Below the pieces are notes generated by a model. The model saw only the letters and a list, made by a program, of their open reading frames with translations. It made no database searches and had not been told where the DNA came from. A program made the position numbers and the translations under genes. A stretch of DNA of 63,896 nucleotides, counting the filler, from Candidatus Eiseniibacteriota bacterium (GTDB lineage: Bacteria > Orphanbacterota > Orphanbacteria > Orphanbacterales > Orphanbacteraceae), in NCBI GenBank assembly GCA_043809585.1. It is 5 parts of 5 records of this genome, joined end to end, with 100 filler letters (N's around TTAATTAATTAA, not from the genome) between each part and the next. Parts side by side here need not be neighbours in the genome. Positions count along the whole stretch, not along the records: positions 13,272 to 29,989 come from JBDROZ010000094.1; 4 more parts are not named here. One strand, given 5' to 3'. Shown here in pieces: positions 17,919 through 26,954 of this stretch (within the stretch, counting starts at the first letter, position 1; each line of letters opens with the position of its first letter).

Positions 17919-18784
17919 CCGATCTCCCCGGCCGTGACGTAGTCGACGAGCCGCTCGCGCCGCTCGGCGATTCCGGTCTTCGACTCTTCGTACGGGTCGT
18001 CCTGGGTCTTCCGGTTCCACTCGTGGACGAGGTTCGCGATCACGGCGAGCCGCGACTCGATCTCTTCGGTGACCCGGTCCGCCCGGGAGCCGAGGAGGCC
18101 GTGGGCCGCGAGCGTCGGGATCGCCACCACGAGCCCGAACCCGGTGGTCGCCATGGCGATGGAGATGCCCGCCGCGAGGGCGGCCGTCCGCTGGACGGCC
18201 GGCACGTTCGCCACCGCATCGAAGGCCATGATGAGACCGACGATCGTTCCGAGGAGCCCGAGGAGGGTGGCGAGGTTCGCCGACACCGCGAGAAGGGGGA
18301 TGCGCCGCCCGATGGCCGGGACCTCCCGGAGGTACGCCTCGTCCATCAGGTTCTGCACCTCTTCACTCCGGTGGCCGTGGCGGACCCGGAGGACGGAGGC
18401 GGCGATGCGTGCGAAGGGCGTGTTCGAGCGGTCGGCCACCGCCCGGGCCTCCTCGACCCGCCGATCCCGAACGAGACGGATCAGGTGATCGAACGTGTCC
18501 CGGTCCCCCTTCGTCGCCCGGAGGAACAGGAACACCCCCTTCTCCGCGGCCACGGTCACGGAGAACGCGGAGACGAGCAGGATCGCCCACATGAAGGGGG
18601 CGCCGGCGCCGGTGAAGGAGCCCGCGGCGAACGAGACGAGGCGGGCGAACGCGGACGGTCCCGCCCCGGACGCTGCGGTCGAGGTCACCGCCGACTCCAG
18701 CCCTTCCGGGTCGACGGCCGGCGCTTCCGCCGCCGCGGCGAAGCCGAAGGCGACGAGCCCCCAGATCACGATAGTCCTCTTCAT
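17915..18784 (-). CDS. MotA/TolQ/ExbB proton-channel protein (AglR-like)
   Basis: ANLATLLGLLGTIVGLIMAF and LAAGISIAMATTGFGLVVAIP; N-terminal signal-like extension. Confidence 0.9.
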   Translation of the reverse strand: MKRTIVIWGLVAFGFAAAAEAPAVDPEGLESAVTSTAASGAGPSAFARLVSFAAGSFTGAGAPFMWAILLVSAFSVTVAAEKGVFLFLRATKGDRDTFDHLIRLVRDRRVEEARAVADRSNTPFARIAASVLRVRHGHRSEEVQNLMDEAYLREVPAIGRRIPLLAVSANLATLLGLLGTIVGLIMAFDAVANVPAVQRTAALAAGISIAMATTGFGLVVAIPTLAAHGLLGSRADRVTEEIESRLAVIANLVHEWNRKTQDDPYEESKTGIAERRERLVDYVTAGEIG

Positions 18785-18834
18785 GGTCCTCTTCTCCTTG
18801 CGATTCCCGGGCGGCTCGGCCGCACCGGAAGGGA

Positions 18835-19131
18835 TCAGCGTTTCCGCCGGTCCACCAGGTTCCAGGTTTCCCGATCGAACGCGGACTTCACGACCGGCCG
18901 GAGCCATCCCGGGGGAAGACTCCGCCGGAGCGCGAAAAGCTCGTGGGGCGCGCCCGGCCCCCGCTCCCGGATGAAGAGCGTCGTCGGGACGGGCACTTCG
19001 CCTTCGATTTCCAATCTGTTCAGGTCCACCACCTGCCGGCGGGGCTCCTCCTCCTTGGTCGTCCCCGCGGCGACGCCGGCGGCCCCGACGACGAGGAAGA
19101 GACCGGTCAGGACGAAGATGATTCGTTTCAC
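18835..19131 (-). CDS. Small secreted protein, GltF/CglF-like
   Basis: Hidden at the end of the 1130-aa ORF; GTG at 19131 with GAAGGAG RBS, signal peptide, motif VVDLNRLEIEGEVPVP resembling GltF 'IDFSDVTIEGELTKP'. Confidence 0.65.
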   Translation of the reverse strand: MKRIIFVLTGLFLVVGAAGVAAGTTKEEEPRRQVVDLNRLEIEGEVPVPTTLFIRERGPGAPHELFALRRSLPPGWLRPVVKSAFDRETWNLVDRRKR

Positions 19132-22100
19132 GGCAAGGCTCCTTCGGGCGATCCGGTTTCGTTCCCGTCCCGCCGGCTGATCCGGGGGGAATCGGCCGCG
19201 CGGGCCGCGACCGAGGCGGCGGCGATCCAAGGCCGGGCCCGCTCCTCGTACTCCCTCGCCTTCTCTTCGAGGAGGGAGCGGTAGATCCGGTCCTCCTCTT
19301 CGTCCAGGCCCGGAGGGGAGGGGGAGCGGCGGATCTCGTCCGCCCCCTCTTCGAGGCGATCCCCGGTGACCAGAATGAGGGCGAGTCTTCTCTTTCGCGC
19401 CCCCGCTCCGCCCCCCCCCCGAGGTCTCCTCCTTTTCGAGGAGCGCCGCCGCCACTTCGGCGGTCACCTCCGCCCCTTCGAGGGCGGCGAGATAACGGGC
19501 GAGAAGGTCCGACCCCTTTTCGAAGTCGTCGAAGGCGTCCGGGGGAAGCCCCACCTCCCGGACCCGGTCGTCCGCGCGGCGGGCGAGCGTGTCGGCGAGA
19601 TCGGCGTAGAGAGGGGGAACCGGCTCCCCCGCGGCGGCGGCGAGGGCCGCGGCATCGGCGAACCAGGGGTCGACGACGGAGGCCTCCGCGACCCGTCCCC
19701 GGTCCCACTCTCGGAGGAAAGCGGCGCGGCCGTAGCGCTCGAGAAGGACCGACGCCTCCCGGGCGGCCTCTTCCGTGATCCCCTCGAAGCGGAGGGCGAT
19801 GGCCGAGCGGTAGGCCCCGATCGCCTCCTCCATCAGGCTTCCCGCCCTCTCCGGATTCCCCCCCGCCCGCCAGGCCGGAACGGCCTCGTCGAAGCGCCGC
19901 CGGAGGATCCTCGCGAGACCGAGCCGGGCCTTCGCCTCGGCGAGGTCGTCGGCCCCTTTCGCCTCCGCCCTCTCCGCCGCCGCCCGGTAGCGTTCCTCCG
20001 CCTTCTCCTCTTCGCCGGCGGCGAGCCACGCGTCCGCGGCGAGGAGCGCAACCTCGTGATCGTCCGGGCGCCCGGACCGGGAGCGGTCGAACGCCGCCGC
20101 GGCGTCCTCGTGGCGGCCGAGCCGCGCGAGCACCCGGCCGAGCCGCTCCGCCGCCTCCGGGGCCCCGTCCGAACCGTTCGCGGCCGCCTCCATCTCGGCG
20201 TAGGCGAGCGCCGCCCCCTCCGGGTTCCCCGCCATCTCCCAAGCCCCGCCGGCGTCGCCGAGGTCGGAGGCCTCCCCCGCGACGAGGAACGCCCGACCGA
20301 GCAATCCCGCCGCGAGGCCGTGGCGCTCTTCCCCGGCCGCCTCGGCGGCGCACCGCCGGAGGGTCTCCCGCGCCTCCTCCTGGCCGGCGAGTTCCGCCGC
20401 GATCCGGTCGGCGAGGGCGAGCATGGTCCCGTCCGTCCCGAAGCGGATCCGGCAGGCCGCCTCCCCGAGCAGCCCGTCCCCCGCCGCCGCCGAGCCGGGG
20501 TACTCCACGGTGACCCGGTGATACGCCTCGGCCGCCGCCGCCCAGAGCCCCTGCTCCTCCCGCTCCGCCGCGATCAGGAGGGCGCTCGCCGCGGCCCGCT
20601 CGAGCCGCTCCTCGCGCACCTTCTCGTCCTTTGCCGACTCGGCGCTCCGTCGGAACCACTCCTCCGCCGCCCCCCGGTCGCCGAGCCGCGCGGCGAGCGC
20701 CGCCGCCTGCGCCTCCGCCCGGTTCCGGTACGCCGTCCCCCCTCGCTCCGCCACCCGCTCGCAAAGGCCGAGGGCCGACGAGATCTTCCCGGCCGCCTCG
20801 AGTCGTTCCGCCGCGAGGAGGAGCGCTTTCGCCGCCTCCTCCGAGGCCGGATACGCTTCGGCGTAGCGGATCGCGGCGAGTCCCATCGGCGTCTCGTGGC
20901 CGTCGATCTTCTCGTGGGCGAGCACCGCCCCCCGGAACGCCTCCTCCCGGTCCTCGTCCGGCACGGCGTCCGGATCGACCCGGTCGTAGAGGGCGGCGCT
21001 CCCGCCGTAGTCGCCGAGCCGGAACTTCGCCTCCGCCGCGAAGAGCCTCGCCCGGGAACGGTTCTCCGCGCCGCCGAGTTCCTCGGCGTAGGTCTCGAAG
21101 AGGTCCGCCGCGACGGCGAGGTCTTCGTCCGACCCGGCCCGGAATCGAAGGAGCGCCCCGTTCCACGCGTGTCGGAGGAGCCGTTCCCGGTGCGCTTCCC
21201 CGGCGCCGTGGACCGGGTACCAGGGGGCGCCCGGGCCGTACGCGGCGAGAAGGGCTTCCATCTCGCGGCCCGCCTCCTCTTTCCGGTCCGCCGCGGTCAG
21301 CGCCTCGACGAGCCGGTCGTGGATCTCGGGGGCGTCCGCTCCGGCGGCGTCGATGGAGAGCGCCTCCCGGCAGGCCGCGGCCGCCGCCTCCGGGCGGTCC
21401 CGGTCGAGGAGGGTGATCCCGAGGGCGACGAGCGCCGCCCGCCGGTAGGCCCCCTCCGGGAAGCGCGCCGCGAATCCATTGACGTCCGAAGGGTTTGTCT
21501 CCGCCTGAACGAGGGCGAGGGAACGGAGGATCTCGGCCGGCCCCGCTTCCCCGTCATCGCCCGCTCCCGACCACGCCCGGTCCGAGGCGCTCCGAAACCG
21601 CGCGCCGGCGGCTTCGTAGTCGCGCCCCTTGAGGAGACACCAGCCGGTCCGGTAGTCGAGTTTCTGGGCCGACGGGCCCGCGCCCGCCTCCCGCGCCCCT
21701 TCATACGCCTCGAGGGCGCCCGCCCAGAGCGCCCAGGCAAACCGGAGATCGCCGAGCCGGAGAAGGGCGGCCGCCCGCATCTCGTCGGAGGAGGTCGCCT
21801 CCGCGGCGGCGACGAGACAGCTCTCGGCCTCGGCCGTCCGCCCGGCTTCGTCGCAGCAGACCCCGAGGGCGTGCAGCGCCTCGGCATGGCCGGGGAAGCC
21901 GGCGCCCACGGCGGCGACCCGGCGGAAGGCGTCGATGGCGGCGGCGTACTCGAGCACCGGCTCCTCTCCGGGATCCTCCCCCGCGGCGGCGAGCGAGTCG
22001 TGGCGCGCCACGGCGTCCAAGTACGACTCCTTTTCCCGCTGGGCGTAGAGGTTTCCCAGCATGAGGAGGGAAGGCGCCTGCATCTCCGTGTCCGGATAGC

Positions 22101-22227
22101 GTTCGAGAAGGGCCTCGAAGGAGGCGATCGACCGGTCCCGGACCTCCCGCGGGTCCGGGTTCCCCCCCCGGCAGGGGAGGGCCGCGAGAAGCAGGATCCC
22201 GGCGAGGGCGATTCGGTTCATCTTCAC
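19128..22227 (-). CDS. Large secreted TPR protein, GltD/AgmU-like; frameshifted at a G10 tract (19411-19420)
   Basis: Many TPR-like helices; deleting one G gives ...EIRRSPSPPGLDEEEDRIYRSLLEEKAREYEERA... ending at a TGA overlapping the next GTG. Confidence 0.7.
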
Positions 22228-22231
22228 CCCC

Positions 22232-22717
22232 TCACCAGCCCATCGCCAGGGAGACGCCGAACTGCAGGCTGAAGGCCGCGGCGAAGACGAGCGCCTTCTG
22301 CTCCGCGCCGTCGGCGAAGAGCATCGCGACGGTGCCGATCACGATCCCCCGGGGGACCGAGTTCCACGCCGCCTCCCCCCGGCTGAGGACGAGATCGTCC
22401 CGGCCGACCCACGGAGTGGAGCGGATCGACGAACCGCCCGCCCCCCCCTCGCCCGCCGCCGGGTCTTCCACGGGGGCGAAGGCCAGGGACGGCCCCCCGT
22501 CGAAACGGATCCGGCGGATCTCGGCGAGGGGGATGAGACGGGGCGTCGCCCGGGGGTTCTCCTGGAGCACCAGGTCCGTGGCGTCGAGGGAGAGGACCCG
22601 GCCGCTCCGGACGCTCCGGTCGGCGAAGACCACTTCCGCGTCCCCCCCGCCCGCCGCGAAGGCCGCTCCCGAAACGACCAGCGCCGCGAGGGCGCCCGCC
22701 ACCGCGAGCCTCTTCAT
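22232..22717 (-). CDS. Hypothetical exported/membrane protein
   Basis: MKRLAVAGALAALVVSGAAFA signal peptide, hydrophobic C-terminus, ATGA overlap with upstream gene. Confidence 0.7.
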   Translation of the reverse strand: MKRLAVAGALAALVVSGAAFAAGGGDAEVVFADRSVRSGRVLSLDATDLVLQENPRATPRLIPLAEIRRIRFDGGPSLAFAPVEDPAAGEGGAGGSSIRSTPWVGRDDLVLSRGEAAWNSVPRGIVIGTVAMLFADGAEQKALVFAAAFSLQFGVSLAMGW

Positions 22718-24516
22718 CGTCCGCCTCCGTTCTCGTCCCGGGCGCCGACGAGGAGCCCGTCCCCGTTCCCCGCGCCGTTCTGGTAGAGCACCTGGGCGTA
22801 CGAGAATTCGGCCCGCTCCCGGAGCCCGGCGAGTCGCCCTTCCTCCCGCTCCGCCTCCGACCAGCCTTCCGTCTCCCGGGCCGTCCGTTCGACGCGGAGG
22901 GAGAGTTCCTGGTGCCGCGCCCGGAGCCCCCGGAGCACCGCATCCTCCTCCTTCTCCCGGACCGTGGTGAGGAGGGAGACGATCTCGCCCGATCGCGGTT
23001 CGATCTCGGCGAGAAGCTCCGCCGCGGCGGCGGCCCGCTCGTCGCGGAGACGCTCGACCCGGGGGATCTCCTCCTTCCACCGGTCGCACGCCGCGAGGGC
23101 GAGAAGGAAGTCATCCCCCCCTTCGGTCCACTGCTCGAGGCGGACCCGGCACGAACCGCGGAGGAGGAGCGCTTCCGCGGCGATCCGGGGATCGACGCTC
23201 TCCGTGACGCCCGCGAGGAGGGCGATCGCGTCGGCGTGGCGGCCCTCCTCGGCGGCGATCCAGCCGAGGGCGAGAACGGCTTCCTCGCACCCGGCCCGTG
23301 CGGCGGCCTCGTACCAGCGGAGCGCCTCGCCGAGATGGCCGGCGTCGTAGTGAAGGTGTCCGAGGGCGAGCCGCGCCTCTTCGGCGAGACGGCGCTCCGA
23401 CTCGGTGAGCCCGCCTTCCGCCGCGGCGCTCACGAGGGCGTCGATCGCCGCCGCCGAATCCCCCCGGGAAAGAAGGATCGGCACGGAGGCGAACCGGGCG
23501 AACCGTCCCCACGACCCGTTCGGCGGAACCTCCGTGAGACGAGCGAGCCCGGCCGCGGTCTCGCCCGACCGGAGAAGGGCGAGGCCCGAAGAGTAGAGCG
23601 CGCCCTCCGCCTCCGGCGTTCCGGGGAAGCGGGAGGCGAGTTCGGCCTCGGCCCGGAGCGCTTCCTCGGTCCTCCCCTGGAGCCGCCGCACCTCGGCGGT
23701 CCGGGCGAGGGCGCGGGCGGCCATGGGCCCCGTCTTCAACGCGGCGTAGGTCCGGGCCGCCCCTTCGGGCAGCCCCAGTTCCTCGAGGCAGCGACCGAGA
23801 CAGAGCGCCCCTTCGTCCCGGAGATCAGAGGGGCGGTAAAGGGCCTGAATCGCGCCGAACGCCTCGGCGGCCTCCCAGAAGCGCCTTCGCTCGTACGCCT
23901 CCATCGCCTGTCGCCAGAGGGCATCGTCCCGGGTGAGCACGGGAGGGCCGAAGCGCTCGGAGAGGCGCATCCCCCGGGTCATCTTCCTGACGCCGAAGAG
24001 CGCCAAATCCCGTGGATTCTCCGCCGGAATCAGGTAGCTCTCCGACACGGCCGCGCTCCCCCGGAGGATCTCCTCGCCGGTCTTCGTCAAGATCAGCTTG
24101 CACTCGAGACCGATGTGGGGGGTGCCCTTCCACCCGAGGAAGCTGCGCTTGTCGCCGTAGCCGGTGAGGGCCCCGGTGAAGATGCCGTCCACGCCGAGAT
24201 CCTCGCCGAGAGCGGCGCGGGTCGCGGGGTCGCTGAGGGCGCCGTCGGGGAGCCCCTTCGCGCGAAGCCAATCCCGCACCCGGTACCGGTCGACGAGATC
24301 GGGGAAGTACTTCTGCAATTCCAGAGAGAGCGCGTCCGTCGCCACCTCCGCGGTGAGGGGCGGGCTTCCGGAACCGTGGTCCCGGAAAAGAACGACTGCC
24401 ACGTTTCGGACGGGCTTCTCACCGGGGGGCGCGCTCCGCCGCACCGTGACGTTCGGCACGCAACCGGTGAACACGAGGCAGCAGGCAAGCGCCGCCTTTC
24501 CGAGATTCCTCCGCAT
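22714..24516 (-). CDS. TPR lipoprotein (N-terminal CsgG/DUF799-like domain plus GltC-like TPRs)
   Basis: Lipobox VFTGC; VAVVLF..ATDALSLEL..VDR domain; TPRs ARLALGHLHYDAG..EAVLALGW. Confidence 0.7.
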   Translation of the reverse strand: MRRNLGKAALACCLVFTGCVPNVTVRRSAPPGEKPVRNVAVVLFRDHGSGSPPLTAEVATDALSLELQKYFPDLVDRYRVRDWLRAKGLPDGALSDPATRAALGEDLGVDGIFTGALTGYGDKRSFLGWKGTPHIGLECKLILTKTGEEILRGSAAVSESYLIPAENPRDLALFGVRKMTRGMRLSERFGPPVLTRDDALWRQAMEAYERRRFWEAAEAFGAIQALYRPSDLRDEGALCLGRCLEELGLPEGAARTYAALKTGPMAARALARTAEVRRLQGRTEEALRAEAELASRFPGTPEAEGALYSSGLALLRSGETAAGLARLTEVPPNGSWGRFARFASVPILLSRGDSAAAIDALVSAAAEGGLTESERRLAEEARLALGHLHYDAGHLGEALRWYEAAARAGCEEAVLALGWIAAEEGRHADAIALLAGVTESVDPRIAAEALLLRGSCRVRLEQWTEGGDDFLLALAACDRWKEEIPRVERLRDERAAAAAELLAEIEPRSGEIVSLLTTVREKEEDAVLRGLRARHQELSLRVERTARETEGWSEAEREEGRLAGLRERAEFSYAQVLYQNGAGNGDGLLVGARDENGGGR

Positions 24517-24773
24517 CCGGGGCCTCCTCCACCGAGGGGATCAGGGGCGTATCCCCCCCTCATCTCGGAATATCGGCCGGTCGGGGAGATTCCTTCGGCC
24601 CCCCTCGCAAAGGGCGTGCCGGGGTCCCCCGGAGGGGATCCGGAGCCGGACGGGGCAACCGCTTGGGGCGCTTCGGCTCCCCGGCCCGGCGACCGGGACG
24701 GCCCGATCCGGGCCTCGGAAGAGGTGCGAGATAGTACGGCACTGTTCAGGAATCGGACGCCTTTCGATCACCG

Positions 24774-24802
24774 TTGACAGTCCGGGGACGCCCGCCTAGC
24801 CT
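24774..24802 (+). promoter_or_regulatory. sigma70-type promoter upstream of the clp-like gene (-10 overlaps the MITE end)
   Basis: TTGACA (24774-24779), 17 nt, TAGCCT (24797-24802). Confidence 0.6.
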
Positions 24803-24994
24803 TGATTCGGCAAGGAACCGCGAGTGAAAACGCGAGAGAGTGCGTCTGATGCTGCCGCGCCGCGCATTCATCAAGCGGAGCATATCCGACGATATGGATA
24901 TGTAAGCATGGGTGAATGAGAGCGCTGCGGCAGATGGCGTGCTCTCGCGGGCGCCGGCGACTTGCCCCGGGATTTCTTGCCGGATTAAGGCTAG
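24796..24994. mobile_element. 199-bp MITE-like element with CTAG ends
   Basis: Imperfect TIRs CTAGCCTTGATTCGGCAAGGA / TTCTTGCCGGATTAAGGCTAG; interior folds as a long hairpin. Confidence 0.8.
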
Positions 24995-25028
24995 TCTCCA
25001 ATCGGTAACGAGTGAAGGGGAGGACCTC

Positions 25029-26870
25029 ATGGATCAGGAACCGGGAATCGGGACCGAGGAGGAAACGGCCGAACCGATGTCGGTCCTCTCCCGCATCTCC
25101 GTCGATCTCGGGGAACAGCTCTACCAACGGCGCTTCGGTTCGATCGTGCCTTGGAAGTCGGAGGTGATCCGGCTTCTCGAGACGCTGCAAAAACGCTCGA
25201 ACCACAACGTGCTGCTTCATGGACCGGTGGGGGTCGGCAAGCGGACCATGGTGCTCCGCCTGGCCGAGCGCATCGCGTCGGGGCGGATCTCCCCCCAGCT
25301 CCGGAACAAGCACATCTTCGAGATTACGCTGCCGAGTGTCCTCCCCTACATCCAGGACGCGGACGACTTCGAGACGGTCCTGTTCCACGCCATCAAGGAA
25401 GCGGTGGAGCGCGAGGACGTGATCCTCTATTTCAACCAGCTCGAGAATTTCCTCGGATCGAACGGAGGGGCCGGGGCGTCGGCCCTCCTCGACGTGGCGA
25501 CCCGGCAACTGAACCTCCACGTGATCGCCTCCATGTCGGATTGGGGGTACCAGAAGGCGCTCTTCGAACACCCGTGGATCCGGGACAACATGGTCGCCAT
25601 CGCGATCGCCGAACCCTCCCGGGACATGTCCCGGAAGATCCTCCGCGTGACGCGGGCGAAGCTCGAGAGCTTCCACAACATCGAGATCACCAAGGATGCG
25701 GTGGACAAGGCGATCGATCTTTCGAGCTACTACCTCCGTTCCCGGGTGCTTCCGGGGAAGGCGCTCGAGATCCTCGACCAGGCGTGCGCCTCCGCGGTGG
25801 TCCGCGGCGAGGCGACGAAGAAGAAGACGCCCGTGGTCGACGCGGACGCGGTGGGCGATGCGGTGAGCCAGCGACTCGGCATCCCCGTCGAGAAGCTCCA
25901 CGACCGGGCGGGGGGGCACTTGCTCCGGCTCCAGGAGAATCTCGGGGCGTGCATCAAGGGGCAGGACGAAGTTCTGCGCAAGGTTTCCGACGTCATCCGG
26001 GTCGCGAAGCTCGATCTGTCGGCGAGCCCGGACCGCCCGGACGGCTCGTTCCTCTTCGTCGGGCCCTCGGGCGTCGGCAAGAACCAGCTCGCCCGGCGCC
26101 TCGCTGTGGAGCTTTACGGCAGCGTCGATCACCTGCTCTACCTCGACATGGCCCAGTACACGGGGGAAGACGCGGCGCGGAAGCTCCTCGGCGCCCGGGG
26201 ACTTCCGGGGGCGAAAGGCGTTCTCGCGGGGCTCATCGAGCGCAATCCGAACGCGGTCTTCCTGATCGACGGGATCGAGAAGGCCCACCCGACGGTCGGA
26301 CCGATTCTGCTTCAAGTTCTGAAGGAAGGGCAGATCGTGGACGAGGAGGGGCGGCGGCTCAGCTTCTCGGCGGCCACGGTGGTGGTGATCGCGAACTCGG
26401 ACAACATCTTTTCGGAGGATGAGGAGAAGGGGCGGAAGGTCGGTTTTCTCGAGGCGGCGGACCCGGGGCGGCGGATCGAGGTGCAGCGAAAGGCGATGGA
26501 GCAGGCGACCAAGGACTTTTTCGCCGTCGATTTTCTGAACTCCTTCGATGAGGTGCTCTTCTTCGATCCCCTCACGCCGGAGACGGTGAAAGAGATCGCC
26601 GAGATCCAGATCGAGGGGATCAGGGCCCGACTCGAGCACCGGGGAATCGCCCTCGCGGTCCCCCGGGAGGTGACCGCATTGGTCGCCGAGAAGGGATTCA
26701 GCTCGGAAACGGGAGCGCACAAGCTGACCCGGACGGTGGCGAGTCTGGTGCTGCAGCCGGTGTCGAGTTTTCTGCTCGAGTTCCCGGACGCGAAGAAGGT
26801 CTACCTCTCGGTGGAGGGGGAGGAAGTCAGCGCGTCGGCGCAGCAGCAGAAGCAGAAGAAGAAGAAGTAG
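25029..26870 (+). CDS. ClpA/ClpC-like double-AAA+ protein with degenerate ATPase motifs
   Basis: GPVGVGKR, LPGKALEILDQAC, GSFLFVGPSGVGKN, IDGIEKAHP, VGF loop; no N-domain; GGGGAGGA RBS. Confidence 0.85.
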   Translation: MDQEPGIGTEEETAEPMSVLSRISVDLGEQLYQRRFGSIVPWKSEVIRLLETLQKRSNHNVLLHGPVGVGKRTMVLRLAERIASGRISPQLRNKHIFEITLPSVLPYIQDADDFETVLFHAIKEAVEREDVILYFNQLENFLGSNGGAGASALLDVATRQLNLHVIASMSDWGYQKALFEHPWIRDNMVAIAIAEPSRDMSRKILRVTRAKLESFHNIEITKDAVDKAIDLSSYYLRSRVLPGKALEILDQACASAVVRGEATKKKTPVVDADAVGDAVSQRLGIPVEKLHDRAGGHLLRLQENLGACIKGQDEVLRKVSDVIRVAKLDLSASPDRPDGSFLFVGPSGVGKNQLARRLAVELYGSVDHLLYLDMAQYTGEDAARKLLGARGLPGAKGVLAGLIERNPNAVFLIDGIEKAHPTVGPILLQVLKEGQIVDEEGRRLSFSAATVVVIANSDNIFSEDEEKGRKVGFLEAADPGRRIEVQRKAMEQATKDFFAVDFLNSFDEVLFFDPLTPETVKEIAEIQIEGIRARLEHRGIALAVPREVTALVAEKGFSSETGAHKLTRTVASLVLQPVSSFLLEFPDAKKVYLSVEGEEVSASAQQQKQKKKK

Positions 26871-26904
26871 CCGGTAACTCCGGAGGGAACGCGAAGAATC
26901 AAGA

Positions 26905-26927
26905 GCGGCGGCCCCGAGGGCCGCCGC
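26905..26927. terminator. GC hairpin between convergent clp-like and VWA genes
   Basis: GCGGCGGCCC-CGA-GGGCCGCCGC, perfect 10-bp stem. Confidence 0.55.
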
Positions 26928-26954
26928 GCGGAATCCGAGTTCGTCGGAGTCCGA

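Noticed and set aside
17915-21166. 1083-aa ORF ending in a MotA domain
   Set aside because: Only the last 289 aa (ATG 18784) are protein-like; the rest is an off-frame reading of the TPR gene
18835-22227. Single 1130-aa TPR protein as given in the ORF track
   Set aside because: Better explained as a frameshifted TPR gene plus a separate 98-aa gene with its own RBS and signal peptide
24805-24985. 181-nt rod behind a sigma70 promoter read as 6S RNA
   Set aside because: No large central bubble, and it is bounded by CTAG-ended inverted repeats like the other MITEs
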